Below, in pieces: positions 1-12,873 of a stretch of 64,000 nucleotides of DNA (its first letter is position 1; every line of letters starts with the position of its first letter). The stretch is from Blasia pusilla (lineage: Eukaryota): NCBI GenBank assembly GCA_050084515.1, contig CM114271.1, positions 22,816,001 to 22,880,000 of the forward strand. Direction: 5' to 3'. The translations under genes were made by a program, and so were the position numbers. Below the pieces are notes generated by a model. It searched no databases and had not been told where the DNA came from. It worked only from the letters and a program-made list of their open reading frames with translations.

Positions 1-491
1 TTCATATGTTGTTAATTTAGATCCAAAAGAAATATACACAATAACATTTCAAAATTGAAACAATTTTAATTTCGAAATGTTATTTTATTTTAATTTAAAA
101 TGTAATAATTAAATCTCATATTTTCTCTTGGGGCATATGGTAGTCAAGAGAGAAATAGATGTAAGAACTAGACCAATATGCAATCTAGGAATCTAAACAT
201 GGTCAAACACCACAACCAACAAGTTGAAACAAGTGTTGTTTCAACTTTGTACAAGATGGTTCTAGAACTGCGGTTCTACTTCTGTAAAAATATAAAAATA
301 TGTTAGAAGCACTGTATATTCAAGGTTTTAGAATCCATGTTTTGGGGGGTGGGGGGGACATACACAACAAACAAATACCATAAAGATGAAAATAGATGGT
401 TCAATGGGCTATATAAGGGAAGGGGACAGAGACAAAAGGCGTGTAAGGGACGTAGAATTAACAATCTTCGTCCCTCTTCTCTCTAGAGATA

Positions 492-672
492 CTAGTTAGT
501 GCCCGTGAGGGACCGTGCGATGCACGGTCCTGTGCGTATACGCACCCCCCTTCCTGAAATGCATACGCGCTAGGTTTAAGGTGTATAGGCGCCGGGTTTA
601 GGGTGACATGTGTCGTACTTTGCAGAAGCCACCGTGTAAGAAGCACTCCTCAAATTATAATATAGATGTAGA
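492..672 (-). mobile_element. Short non-autonomous Helitron-like element
   Basis: Minus strand starts A|TCTACATCTATATTATAA (672, alternatively 666) and ends CTAG|T (492). A 9-bp GC-rich hairpin GGACCGTGC-gat-GCACGGTCC (510-530) lies 14 nt from the CTAG end. This matches the canonical Helitron termini and A|T insertion site. Confidence 0.6.
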
Positions 673-1540
673 TTCAAATAATCATATTCCAAACTCGAAG
701 GCATTGGAGGGCTTATGCTCCAACTTTGGCAACATGGATATTCAAAATTATGAAAGTTTATGGAAATACAATTTTTTCAAAAAGTTTATCCGGACAAAAT
801 AAAAGCTATTCAAGAAGCTCTTCCACGCAAAAATCCTTTCTACAATTTTTTTCTTTTTCAGAAAATACCTTTCTACATGATCTAACAACTTATAGCAAAC
901 TAATAAGTAAACATGGCCACCACTGCCACGCCCACATAATTAAACGCCTTTTAAAGCCTGACGTTTTAAAGCTGCTGAAGAGCGTACGCAAGGAGTAACA
1001 TGAAAGAACATAACAGTTAGGGAGGTTCGTCACGAGAACGGAAATATACCGATGGACGGGAAGTGGGAACGCTCTACTCTGTTTTCCGTTTGTCAGCAGC
1101 AACCAGACGTGAGGAGTGCTGCGCCATTGGGAGGACCCGAGGAGTACAGTAGACGAAGAGAGACAGAGAGAGAGAGAGAGAGGAGGAGGAGGATGAGAAG
1201 AAGAAGAAGAGGGAGAGGAGATGAAGGCGGTCTTCTTATGTCAAATGAGCGGCTGATGGCGACGAATGAGTAGAGGAGAATCGAAGGGATTCCCGGGCGC
1301 TGGATTGCTGTTGAAGGATGGTGCGGCAAATGTTGCGGCCGAACAGTGCAGCACGCAGGCCGTGGGAGGTGCAGACGGATCTCGATTGAACGGAGAGGAA
1401 GTGGAAGCGGAAAGGCCGAGTGGTTGGATTCGTTCGCTTCTGTATGCTAGGGTGTGAGGCGTTGCATTGAGTGGCAATTGACTCTGAGAGCAGAGCGATC
1501 ACCAGAGGAAACGCAGAGATTGAGCATTTAATTCGGGAGT

Positions 1541-1606
<66 letters not shown>
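1541..1606. repeat. (GA)n microsatellite upstream of the UBTD-like start codon
   Basis: About 32 GA units with one interruption at 1561; further GA/GAG/GAA runs at 1156-1220. Confidence 0.9.
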
Positions 1607-1607
<1 letters not shown>

Positions 1608-1752
1608 ATTGTGGAAGGGAAGAGGAGGAGTAGAGTGCTCGAATTTGGAAGCAGAAGCAGAGATCGGTGGCAGATTTGACGTGAGGGGCGGGAGGGGATA
1701 CAGACAATAAGAAAGCGATGTGAGAGAGGAGCAGTGGAGACGGCGACAAGGA

Positions 1753-4575
1753 ATGGGGTGCGTTGGGTCCTCCGAGAAGGGTGTTGATGGTGAGTCAGCT
1801 CGTAACTCTCTTAGCGCTTTTATGTGCTAGTTTTGTCCAGTCTCACTCGGAGGTCTCTGGAGTGTCTTTATCACTCTCTTTTCGCGTTAGGCCAATTATG
1901 TGCAATCGATTTGAGGTAGAAGGGAAGTCGCGCGGCGAAGTTGTGGATGTGCTGAATTCACAACCGTTCAAACGGTTCATCCATTCTGCACAATCTCTTC
2001 GTCCACGCGATGCTGACAGTTTTTGCCCGTTGGAGCCTGTTCGGGTTGTTAAGCTTTTAACGAAGGGATCGGTTCTCGTATTTGAGGTTCAGGCGATATA
2101 CACTGGGCACGATCGTCAAATGCGGATCGTTGCGATCATCTTCCTACTCTTACTAGCGTTCTCTTTCCGCCCATCTCGAGAATCGCCAAATGGTAGTAAT
2201 TAGCTATAATCGTTACCTCACGGACTTGCACGATCAGAGTGCACATCACCACAGGCCCTGATTCCAGGCGTAAGAGCACGATGGTTTGAATTCATCCGCG
2301 AATGCCCAGAAATCGTGAACACCACACGGAATCTTTTACCAGACGCCCTTTTCACGGGCTCTTTTCTGCATTGTTGAGTGTTTGCAAATGGTTCAATACG
2401 AGTTAAGTCGGTTGTATCTTCGTGCCAGCTGGTGTAGAAGTGCTTGCGTTGTACACCTAGCAGCTGATAGGAGAAATCTTAGGTAGGAACGCAAGGTCCA
2501 TAGAGTTGAAAGGGAACGGAGGCAAGAGTTGAATTGGTCTAACAGAGTAGATGAATTAGAAAACCCTTCCAACTCTTAGAAGTCTTGGAGGGTGTGGCAA
2601 AGTGGCATTTGTGTTTTCAACAACGAGAAACCGCGCTTGCCTCCTGTATGATCTGGATTTGAGCGTTTTCCGGGTTGGTTGCTATGTTCTTCCATTAAAA
2701 GTAGAAGAAGTGGAGAAAGGCAGCAGACGTAAATCTAAGAGTACAGTATTGAATCTCTGTATCAGATCTGCTGCTTACATTGAGTCTCATTTGTGTGCAC
2801 GTTGGTTGCTGGTATCTGCATCCCTCCTTACAGGGTTGTTTACGTTCCACGAAACCTTCCGAACACAAATACACTCATGTAAGTTTACAGAACGCGTGGG
2901 CCTTCACTCATGGAAAGGATCTCTGCTCAGCCATATGACTGAAGAGTGTATAGCCATTTCTCATCTTATAATGTATTCTGAAATCACCTTGCATGCCATT
3001 TTTCTTTGGAAAAGTTGGAAAGGCCCTATGTTGGATATTGCTTCAGCTGGATTACGTACCATCAACGGGAATATCGGTTCTAAGTCACCAACTAAGAAAT
3101 TTCACATTATCACTGACACTCAGGTTCCCCCATCTAGTAACAGCAGCATATGGGTTAAAAGGTAAAAAGGATGCCCTTCTTTTTACCAGATTTCACCGAG
3201 TTGGCCAACTCCATCTGAATTAAGCAAGCACTGAATTGAACCTTTTGGGTACAGGGCATCAAAAGAAGATCAAGAAGCCAAAGCCTTGGAAGCATCCGGA
3301 AATTATAACTCGAGCACAATTGAAGCAATTGAGAGATGAATTCTGGGATACAGCACCGCATTATGGCGGGCAGAAAGGTGTGTTCCACAATCCTGCGGGG
3401 ATGCCTTGTTTAGGTATCTGCAAGTGTTTTTAGTCGCTTTACAGAAAAATTATGGAACTTGTTTACCGAAGAAGTTGGCGTGTGTTGTCTACGGTCAAAA
3501 GATATGGCCCTGACATCCATGACACAGCATGTCAAGTTTAGGGCAAACGAGATCTGCTGGCAGGTCAATGTACAGTGTTGTCTCTTGTAAGTTTTGTAGC
3601 TTTTGCTTGTCATGGATGGATTTGTACACTGTTCGTGGCTATCATGGTGCTGTTGTAGAAGTGGCTTTTTTTTTGTTGTTGTTGTTGTCAAAACGATCTC
3701 CAAGATTATCATATATGTTCAATTGGGCATAGGCCGTCATTGTTTCAGGGAAATAGAAGGATTTTCATGCTGGCTTACTGATGGAGCCAAGTTTTATAGA
3801 CACAGTCTAATTCTAGGCGAATTCCAGCTAAAGCTGACAGAGGCTTCTTGTTCTTATTTCATGCATGTAAAGAGGTTTTGAAGGCCTATCTGGGTCTATT
3901 CTTTCTTTACTCATCCATCTATTTCTTGCACAGAAATATGGGATGCTCTACGAGCTGCAGCTGAAGCGGAAGTAAGTCTAGCACAGCTCATTGTTGACAG
4001 TGCTGGTGTTATTGTTACATCGGAGGACTTATCAACTTGCTATGATGAAAGAGGTACTGAATCAAAAGGCCTGGTAACAACCTGGTTGCTGAATAGTTGT
4101 ATGGGCCCTCGGTAAAGTGGTCTGTCATAGAATCTGATAATGTGCAGATTTCACTCATCAGTTCAGTATTATGCCTGGGCCTGTGCTCTGGCGTAGAAGG
4201 CGAAAAAAATGAGGGCTTAAATCATGACTGCCTCAGGTATCGAGTAACTAGAAGTATATGCAATCTCATTTGGAAGCATATTTGTAGTGAAATCACCGTT
4301 TTCATCGCATTCTTAACTTGCGTAATGTTGTTCGCTAGTACTTCCTTGAATGTATGAGTGGCATGCCCTGAAGCTCTAGCAGCATATTTGTTCCCAGCAT
4401 TCTTATTGTGAGATTTTCACCTTTGTGCTAATTCAATAATAATGGATATGCTTGACAATCAACAAGCTACCAGTGAGCATGCTATTTGAACAACTGAGCT
4501 CATCCGCTTGCAGGTGCGAAGTATGACCTACCAAAGTATGTGCTGAGTGAACCAACAAATCTGAAGGATGACTAG
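1753..4575 (+). CDS. Ubiquitin domain-containing protein 1/2-like (DC-UbP/UBTD N-terminal ubiquitin-binding domain), 113 aa, probably N-myristoylated and palmitoylated
   Basis: Exons 1753-1789, 3255-3377, 3934-4053, 4514-4575 (GT-AG, 342 nt, in frame). They encode MGCVGSSEKG...[46 protein letters not shown]...DLSTCYDERGAKYDLPKYVLSEPTNL, the UBTD signature. The MGCxxS N-terminus fits acylation. Confidence 0.9.
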
Positions 4576-6454
4576 CAAGAGAATTCTGCAATTGTGTTTT
4601 GGCAATTCTTATGCCTTACCGCATGAAACCGACAATTGAACTTTTCAAGGGATTCATTTGTTCCATCCTACACCCACATGCCTCAATATGAGGGGTGTCC
4701 AGTAATTGATCGATCAGGCCTCGAACATGGCCCTATGCCCTACTTATATTGAGTATCATTTGGTATGGTGGATACCTGTTGTTGAAATGTCATCAAAGTG
4801 TAATTTCAGGGGAAGGATTAACAGATAAGTTGCCCCTTCTCTTCCTTGGTGGAGCACTGACTCCCTTGGTTTAGATCTATCCTTGACTAAGGAAATTTAG
4901 GCAGTCAAATTGCTCAGGGAGTTCCCATTGACATGCAAGTTTCTTGTAAAGATAGGAAAGTGAGGCCAAAATTGGCCCAGTGATTTTTCAGACCTTTGCT
5001 CATGTAGTTTGCTTCAGAAGGTTGCAAAGGCCTTCCCAGTACAGATTGCTAGTCTTTTGTGCAGCTCATAATTTTAGTGCCAGTTTACGATCCTAAGTAT
5101 GTTTTTTGAAGTACACCGTAGTTCATTTCTTCCTGCAACTGACCTGGTCTGGGAATGTCGTTAGTACTGAAATAAATTGTTCATAAAGACTAGACGAGAA
5201 ACACTTCCCATGGGAAAAAAGGTTCTTTGTCTCCGTACTGTTCAGTTATCTCAGTAGCTACTATTATCATCAGACTGACATTCACACAATCTGGTTTAGG
5301 TGTCAGTATTCATGTGTTTTAGTGTTCATGGGATAAGGAATTCTGGAAAGAGGTTGTGTTGTGACACACCATCTAGGTCAATGCACCTATTTTTTTCAGA
5401 AAGGGGAGAAGACTCTTCCATTTAACTCGCTGTGAGTAATATGTTCATTCATGTTTCAAGTAAAATGGAAGTGATGAATTGAGAAGATTTGCTTCTGAGG
5501 TTTCTTGTGGATTATCTATGGAGAGTCGAGAAAGGATTGCTTTCTTCAGTGGTGGTTTGTGAAGACATAGTGTCTCTGAGAAAAATTGTTTATTTCTGTC
5601 CGGTCATCGATATCATTTGGAAGAGTGGATTGGATGCTCACAGCCTCTCAATTGTCTTGAATGCATTTAGAAGATCACCATAAGCAGTTTGCATGTACGG
5701 ATATACTATCTGATGAGCTTGTACATGCTTACTTGTGTTTCTGTTTTCTTCCACACTCGCTACTTGAGAAGGTAGATGTTACTGTACACAGAGTTTCCCA
5801 TTCAACAGACTCATAAGGGTGATTAGCCAACTGAGTTTGTGGATGTGGTCGTAGAGATCTATTTTTGGCAATTCATGGATTTCTTGATCAGCTTGTTTGC
5901 ACAAGATAGTACTTAGTGGTGACATTAGTTGTTAGCGCGTCAGAGCCAAGTATGAAGGAGAGGGAATTAAAAGTGTGATCATTCAAGGAAATGAGGAGGA
6001 CAAAGAGAGGAAAAGCAATTCATTGGAAATGAAGGAAATGTGAGCAGAATAGTGGGTGAAAGTTCGAAACATGGCAGTTTTGGGCTTGTAAAGTCAGCAT
6101 TTCAGCTCCTTTATGTCACCGTACTATAGAGCACCATTAAGCTCTCTTTCTATGTCGCTCTTGGTCACATACACCTTCACCATTGTGTTCAAGCACTACG
6201 TTCAGTTAAAATCATAATCTGGGGAGCCAGTCCCGAGAAGGAAAGGTGGAAAAATCTTTTAGTAAATTTTAGGCATAGAGTTGAAGTAGAGAAGATGGTG
6301 GATTAGAAAGAAGGTGGAGAATTGGGGAGATTTGAAGTTGCAATACTAAGACTAGTCATGAGAGAAGTATTCTTATGGACAATGGGAGAATGAGTTGGAA
6401 CATATGAGGGTTTGATTGAAATGGGTGAGGTATCTTTAGACAAAGAAGACGAGT

Positions 6455-6810
6455 CAAAATTCAAGGTGTGGTGGGTGAGATTAGTGAGATTCAGCATTAT
6501 AATTTCTTGGTTGCTTCAACAAGATGTACCATAGGGCATGAGGACCTCATTAAAAGACGTGCAATAAACGGCACAACACAAGGCATGGAGTCATGGCGGT
6601 TAGGAGTTGAGATTGTCCAAGACTACTCAAAATTCAAGGAATGGTGGATAAGATTAGTGAGGTTGATGACTATATTTGGAGACTATTTGCTAGTGGTAAA
6701 TGGGAACAAGATGTACCACAGGGCATGAAAGATGGGCAATAGTTACTAGCTGCTAAGCACAAGGCATGGAGTCATGATGGTGGTGGGGAGCCTAGATTGT
6801 CCAAATCCTT
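6455..6810. repeat. Degenerate ~175-185-bp tandem duplication
   Basis: Blocks AAATTCAAGG..GATTAGTGAG, AACAAGATGTACCA(T/C)AGGGCATGA and CACAAGGCATGGAGTCATG each occur twice in the same order. Confidence 0.7.
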
Positions 6811-7729
6811 ATAAGTTCCAACAAGTTAAATGTGAGGGTAAATGGGAATTCAGAAATACAATATGTTTTTAGCTCATGGGTCAAAGGTAGTGAACTCACA
6901 TATTAAGAGATAAATTCAGAATTATAATATTTATGAAGACGATATGAAGTAGTGACATTAGGTGAATACTTGAGAATATGAAGGAAACCAATTTTGGGAT
7001 GTATTGGCCATAAAGAGCCACCCTAGTCTTTCTTTACACATGTGAAAAGTTCAATTACCTATACTGAACTATTTTTTTCCAACCCCGTTCTAATATCATA
7101 AAATTTACATCCATTTTGAGAGTACTTATGAATCCAAATTTCTCATCTTTGAAGCAAACCTCTCATCTTTGAAATATACAAATGTTATGTTGGCTTCAAG
7201 AAATGTACGCCACTATTATTATTGTTGAATAATAATAGTGAATCATCCATGAAAAACAACAAATTCATGAATTAATTGAAAAATAATTTAGGAATTTCAT
7301 TGTGGGCATTCAAGGTTACTTTACTTAAGACTCTCTTCTTCAATATGTGGGAGCAACTTGATTCCCCTCCCAAGTGAAAAATTTCAAATTTCCTTAGAAG
7401 ATATATAATTTTAGAGTTTCAATAATAAAATTTAACTTATTGCTTTTTTAAATTTCAATAGAAAGTATTTTGTGTAGGGAGGGATCCCTCTAATATCTCC
7501 CAAAACACCAAACAACATCTATGGTCATGAATACTATGTTGCATTTGATAACAAGCATATCTTGAGAAGACTTTGAACCTAGGATTACACGAAAAAGTTC
7601 ATAAGAAGGGAATGTGTGCATGATGCGCAAGAGCACAAGACTTTCGAAGAATATTATGTGGAGTTACACATAACATGTCTATGATAGTAGATAAAAGACT
7701 TAGTGTTCAAGGAAGGATACCAATGGAGT

Positions 7730-8015
7730 CATGGTTGTTCAAAAACGGACATGGACAAACATGTCCACAGAGATGGATTCGAAGAGGTGGGACCCACACT
7801 TTTAGTCCATGATAGAAGGCAAGGATGAGAGGAGCAATGAGGGAGTGGAGGTGGAGGGAGGAAGAAATGGGGAGTATGAGACACGAAGGCAATTGAGGGG
7901 AATGAGAAAGAAGGGAATGATGGGACCCATACGGACAAGTCCTTCCATAGGACAGACATAAGTCCACGGACATGGACATGTCCACGGACACAGACTTAGT
8001 CCACATGCAACCTTG
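7730..8015 (+). mobile_element. hAT-type MITE, family copy 1
   Basis: Begins CATGGTTG and ends TGCAACCTTG, with subterminal GGACATG/GTCCACGGAC repeats and a purine-rich core. Colinear with the copies at 61520-61821 and (reverse) 45985-46329. TSD is decayed. Confidence 0.7.
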
Positions 8016-8210
8016 CAGTAGAGGAAATTGCATATTCGAAGGATTGCCTGTTTTATGGTAAAAAATAAAAGGAATGCCATATGAATGTGAATTAGGTTAT
8101 GGACTTAGTTTTCATTATACATTACTTATCCATTGGATTGTAATACAACAAGTGTAATGTTCACACACACTGTATTATGTTTGTCACTCTACCTTGTGAT
8201 GCACATTTAT

Positions 8211-9330
8211 TTATCCACTTTTTGCAAAGTCTACCTTACTACTTCTAGGGATATTTGTCACGACGTACTTCCACCCATGAAGGAACAAGTGATTGATGTA
8301 GAAAAATTGCTTCACATGTAAGGGAAAGACGAAGGGTTCATCGCCCTCTCTATCGTCTTGTTGATGGAATCGCGTGTTCACCCTAAACACATGGCAATCA
8401 TCTATGATGATGGAGTTTTTGTTTTGTTTTCCAATTGTGTTGAATAAGAATATGTTGAGCTTTCCATGGTACATGTACAAGCTCCTACTACCTCCTTCAA
8501 GACATCGTTCAACCAAAAGTTGTCATAGACTTGTGCAACAAATTCCATGTCCCTACGAGATACTTTCCCACTTTTTGGAAAAGACTTTCCTATTTTCTTC
8601 ATTTACACAGATTTTGTGAACTTACCACATTTAATTAAGCATACATTTTTGAAATATTTTGATATTAATAAATTTAATTAAGCATACCACTTAAAATTTA
8701 TGTTGTGTTTTTCACATTCTCCATGTAATTTTGATGTTATCTTGAATTGATGTATCATGTTTTCCAAGCCGTAAATTGCATAGATTTACTTATAGCCCCG
8801 TACATCTTGACTCCCCATAATGTGTGGCAATAGATCACTGCAACATACTAGATTACATACAGTCACATACCTATATACCTTGGTTCACTACTCTATTGGG
8901 AACCTTTCATTTAGAATGGATCAATCGAAGAATGACTCGTCATATGGAAGGACATGGTAGATAACCAAGAATACATCGACATCAAAGTAATTGGCAATGG
9001 ATGTGGACTTAACATTCAAAACATTAGTATTTTGAAATGTTTTATAACATTTTTAAATATAAGCTATCTGAATAACCAACTTTGTACAAAAGATATGTAT
9101 GTTATAATACCAAGAGAGGGGGTTACTGTTTTGGTACTTCTACTCTTAGGGAATTGAAGCTCGGATTGAAGCCAATCTTGAAAAGGAATGTTCCTTCGAA
9201 AATAGTAGGTTTACACGTATTAAGATAAGAATAGATTCTATGTACATGGAGGCTTGTTACTACAAGATTTGGACCTCCTCTAACATCCATACAATTTTTT
9301 TCCAATTTTGGGACTTCAACATTAGCCTAT
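8211..9330 (-). pseudogene. Degraded CACTA (En/Spm) transposase C-terminal region (DUF4216-like)
   Basis: Minus-strand peptide DEPFVFPLHVKQFFYINHLFLHGWKYVVTNIPR matches the CACTA pattern DEPFxxxxQxxQVFYxxD...W.VV...PR. Frames are broken by stops and shifts; the upstream boundary is approximate. Confidence 0.55.
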
Positions 9331-11184
9331 ATTTTAGGGTTAGAGAAGACACAACGAAGAATTTGAAGACGCCATAGCCTCCACGAGATATGTTGTAGCG
9401 ACTATAAGAATATTTGCATACATGAGAACTTAGAAAATGGTATTGTAAAGTAGAAAAACATGGAAATTACGTAATTTTGCCATTGCACTAGCATAAGTAA
9501 GTACCTTCCATCACACAAAGTTACGAATTCTTTTACTAGTATAAGTTAACCGAGTCTGTACAACACAACATACGTTTTTCTGTTACTAAGTTCACTACAA
9601 CGATCCTTTTTAATTAGTGTTCTCTTAAATGATGACACTTTAGGGCCTCTACACTAGTTTAAGTTTGGAAATGTGCATTCGGATGAGACACGAAGAGAAG
9701 ATTAAGGAGGGAGAAGGATAGGTCAAGTATGGTGATGCGGAGGTGATGAAACAAACTTTCCAGAGGTTTCGGTCACTATGGTGTGCGATAGTATAGCTAG
9801 ACACTAGTAAGATGCCTATGCGATGCATGTGCATCTTACTTGGGGATGCACTACAACTCTTAAGCCCTTACTATGGCAATCGTGATATAATTCCCAATTC
9901 AAACTATAAGTAGGTGGGGATAAGTGGCAGACTTATGTTGGTTAAATTGGCAAGTGTCTACGTTTCATATAAGCATCCCAAGATGGATTTCTATGATAAT
10001 CTATACTATTATTGGCAACCATGCTTGCATAATACGACAAAATAGGAAAGAATAGTAGCCATGCTCTATTTCCCCTCCCCCCCCTCCTATCCAAGTTCCA
10101 CCGTGTGGGTTGGAAGGACTTGACTTAATTTCTTGGGAGGGGTAGCCTTTCATTTGTGGGGTCGTGGGGACTTTTAATTATTTGTGGGAGTGGAATTGAA
10201 TGTTAATAGGAATAGTCGGGTATTTGGTAAAGTCCTCCACTACTCCTTAAAGCCAAGGAAGTTACATAAGTACTTTTGAAGTGGAGGAGTGGGAAATTTT
10301 ACCAACCTAAACCCCATTTTGACCTAGCAACACTGTTTAACCACGATTGAGCATGCGACATGCATTGCATACAATTAACACACGTTCTTCACTTCATTAT
10401 AAGCATTACACCTATTCATTTTTCATTCACATTTCCATGCATTGAACATTGCAAACATTGGAAGGATCACCAAGGCATATATCTCTACTATTGTTGTGAG
10501 CCCAATATACATAATAAAACAAAATAGTGAGAAGATAAAACAAAGTAGTAACAAAGGCACTATTTTATCCCTTAACTTGGGTTTGAAGCTTTTGGAGAGG
10601 GAAAATGAATTGGAATATTGGGAGAGGAGACGTGATTTAATTAACGAAGAGACGATTTTATTTTTTGGAAGGAGAAGGATATTACTTTAATCCTTACAAA
10701 GGAGTGGGATGTTATTTCAACCTTTACTGAGTAGTGGCGTGTTGTTACAAACTCTATGGAGAATTGGGGTATTATTTCAATTTTAACTTAGTAAGTGGGG
10801 TTATTCAAGGAAGTAAGATGTTACTAGTTGTTAAGAAAGTAGCATGAATGAATGAGTCTTAGGATAGAGGAAATTATTCAGAAGTGGAAAAATATTTCTA
10901 AATTACTTGTAAAAATTACTAATGATTAGTAAAATATAGTATCATTGCAAAACTCTTTTTTTGTTTTGTTTTAGAACACCTCTCCTTTTCAACCATTAGA
11001 ATCGCTCACCCTTTCAACCAACAAAATCAATCATAATTAATTCAAAAAGTAAATCATTCAATTACACAAAATTGCCCATAATTTTATAGCTTAGTTCATA
11101 TTGAGGAGATCAACAAAGGAGGATATATGGCTATAATTTTTTATATTTATAAAACTTATGCCATGCACGGGAGTGAAGAGACTA

Positions 11185-11570
11185 ATTATGCCGCACATAA
11201 ATTCAAAAAAAATCTTATTGCCCTTATTATGAGAAACATTTTTCTTGTTGCCCAATTTTCATGTGTCATGTGTTTGTAAATGAAGAAGGCACTCTCCAAT
11301 AATAATACACGAGTCATGAACTAATGATTAATCATGTTGTACACAATTTTTTTGCTTGATACCCATAATATAAAAAAGATTTTCTCCATTGAAAAATTCC
11401 TACTCATAACAAGGCACTCTCTTAATAATAGAGAATAATCTATATTATTATTGGAGAGTCCCTCTTTGATTTGCAAACACTTCTATATTTGACATATGAT
11501 AACAAGACAGCAAGAAAATATTTCATGTATTACGGGCAGATTTTTCTTAAAAAATTTGTACGCATCATCA
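11185..11570. mobile_element. Foldback/MITE-like element with long degenerate TIRs
   Basis: GTGTTTGTAAATGAAGAAGGCACTCTCCAATAATAATA (~11270-11308) is the imperfect reverse complement of TATTATTATTGGAGAGTCCCTCTTTGATTTGCAAACAC (~11443-11480). Weaker inverted similarity continues ~80 bp outward. Confidence 0.55.
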
Positions 11571-12873
11571 TTATCCCCACACACTGTAAATAGCAAAAAC
11601 TCTTCAAACTTTTTTTTCTCTTACATACATAGCATGGATAGTACATATGGATGGAAGGAAGTTTGGTACCTTCTCTAGTATTAGCCTTTGGGAGGTGGAT
11701 GGAGGGGCCGTTTCAGAAGTTGGAAGAAGACTAGAGGGTTGCTGGTGCTATGCACGAGGACATGAAGCTCAAGAAAAATAAAGTACTAAGGAACGCTAGT
11801 AGAACTAAATATGGAGGAACACCTTACACCCCTTCATTCATTAATTATATATAATTAATTCCCGTATTGCTCTAACCCATCCTCATGGTAATAGTATAGA
11901 TTACTATTACCATGTCCCCAAATCAAATTAGAAAAACTCCCTCTCGCACGGACGAAATTCGCAGCTATGGAAGAGGCGGATCCGATAGGACTATGCACTT
12001 CGTTTGCACCTCTTTAATCTTCAAGCGCCTCGCGTTTGATTCGTGTCGACTTGATGAATCATGAAACTGCGGAGCGAAGGTGCACAACGGGAATGGGGCC
12101 GACCACATGAAGCCGTGTGGCGGCTTCCTCATGGTACAATCCTCAATGGAGTTTTCACCGGGAGCTTCTTGTGGATAAGGCCTCGCTTTTGAAATCTCTT
12201 TGAGCGCTCACTGGCTAACCACACTAACTTCCAGGGGCGATGGCCCGGCTCATCCCTAGCGGTAATTGACGCCGGAAGCAGTCCTGAGTGAATTCATCTC
12301 CCACTGCTTTAACCCGTGCTCCTGAAACTCCTGGAAGATTCGGATAGATTTGCCGTTCAACTTCAAGGTGGTCGGAAACGTTTGTGGATGGTATTGTGAG
12401 AACTTGCGATGGCCGCGTAAAAGGTTCGCTGACGCGCCTTTCACCGACCGTCTTCTCGAATGCGTGCTCAAATTATATATTCGAAAGCTCTGACTCAGTA
12501 CGATCGAGCAGTTCAAAGGGAGAGAGCAATGAACTCGTGCATTGTTCGAGACCATGGTACTAAGCGCGATCCAGTACTCTGAATGGACGGATGTGGAGTC
12601 GAGCATGATTACTTTCGGTTCAGTGTTGCATCAAATCGTAGAGTCGAAACAATTCCGACAGCTCGAATTCGGGTTGGAGCGTATGTGAGAGGATGGTGTG
12701 ACGCATTCAAGGTGGGGAGCAGGTCTTGGGAGGGTCGGAAGACACTGCAGTGAGTAACATGAGCGAGTCAGCGCTGGAGCAAGGGGTATGGGGCGTTTGT
12801 GGCGATTGACGGTGGGGAATTTGTGAAGGGGATCTGGTGTGCTAAGTGAGTGCAGGAGTGGAGGAGACAAAAA

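Noticed and set aside
10000..10830. Helitron (ATCTATACTATT start at ~9999, CTAGT at ~10824)
   Set aside because: No subterminal hairpin before the CTAG; the termini could be chance matches in AT-rich DNA.
11940..12300. Possible ncRNA (snRNA, SRP, MRP or telomerase RNA) in a GC-richer patch
   Set aside because: No USE/TATA promoter and no recognisable conserved motifs of these RNAs; more likely promoter or leader of the downstream gene.
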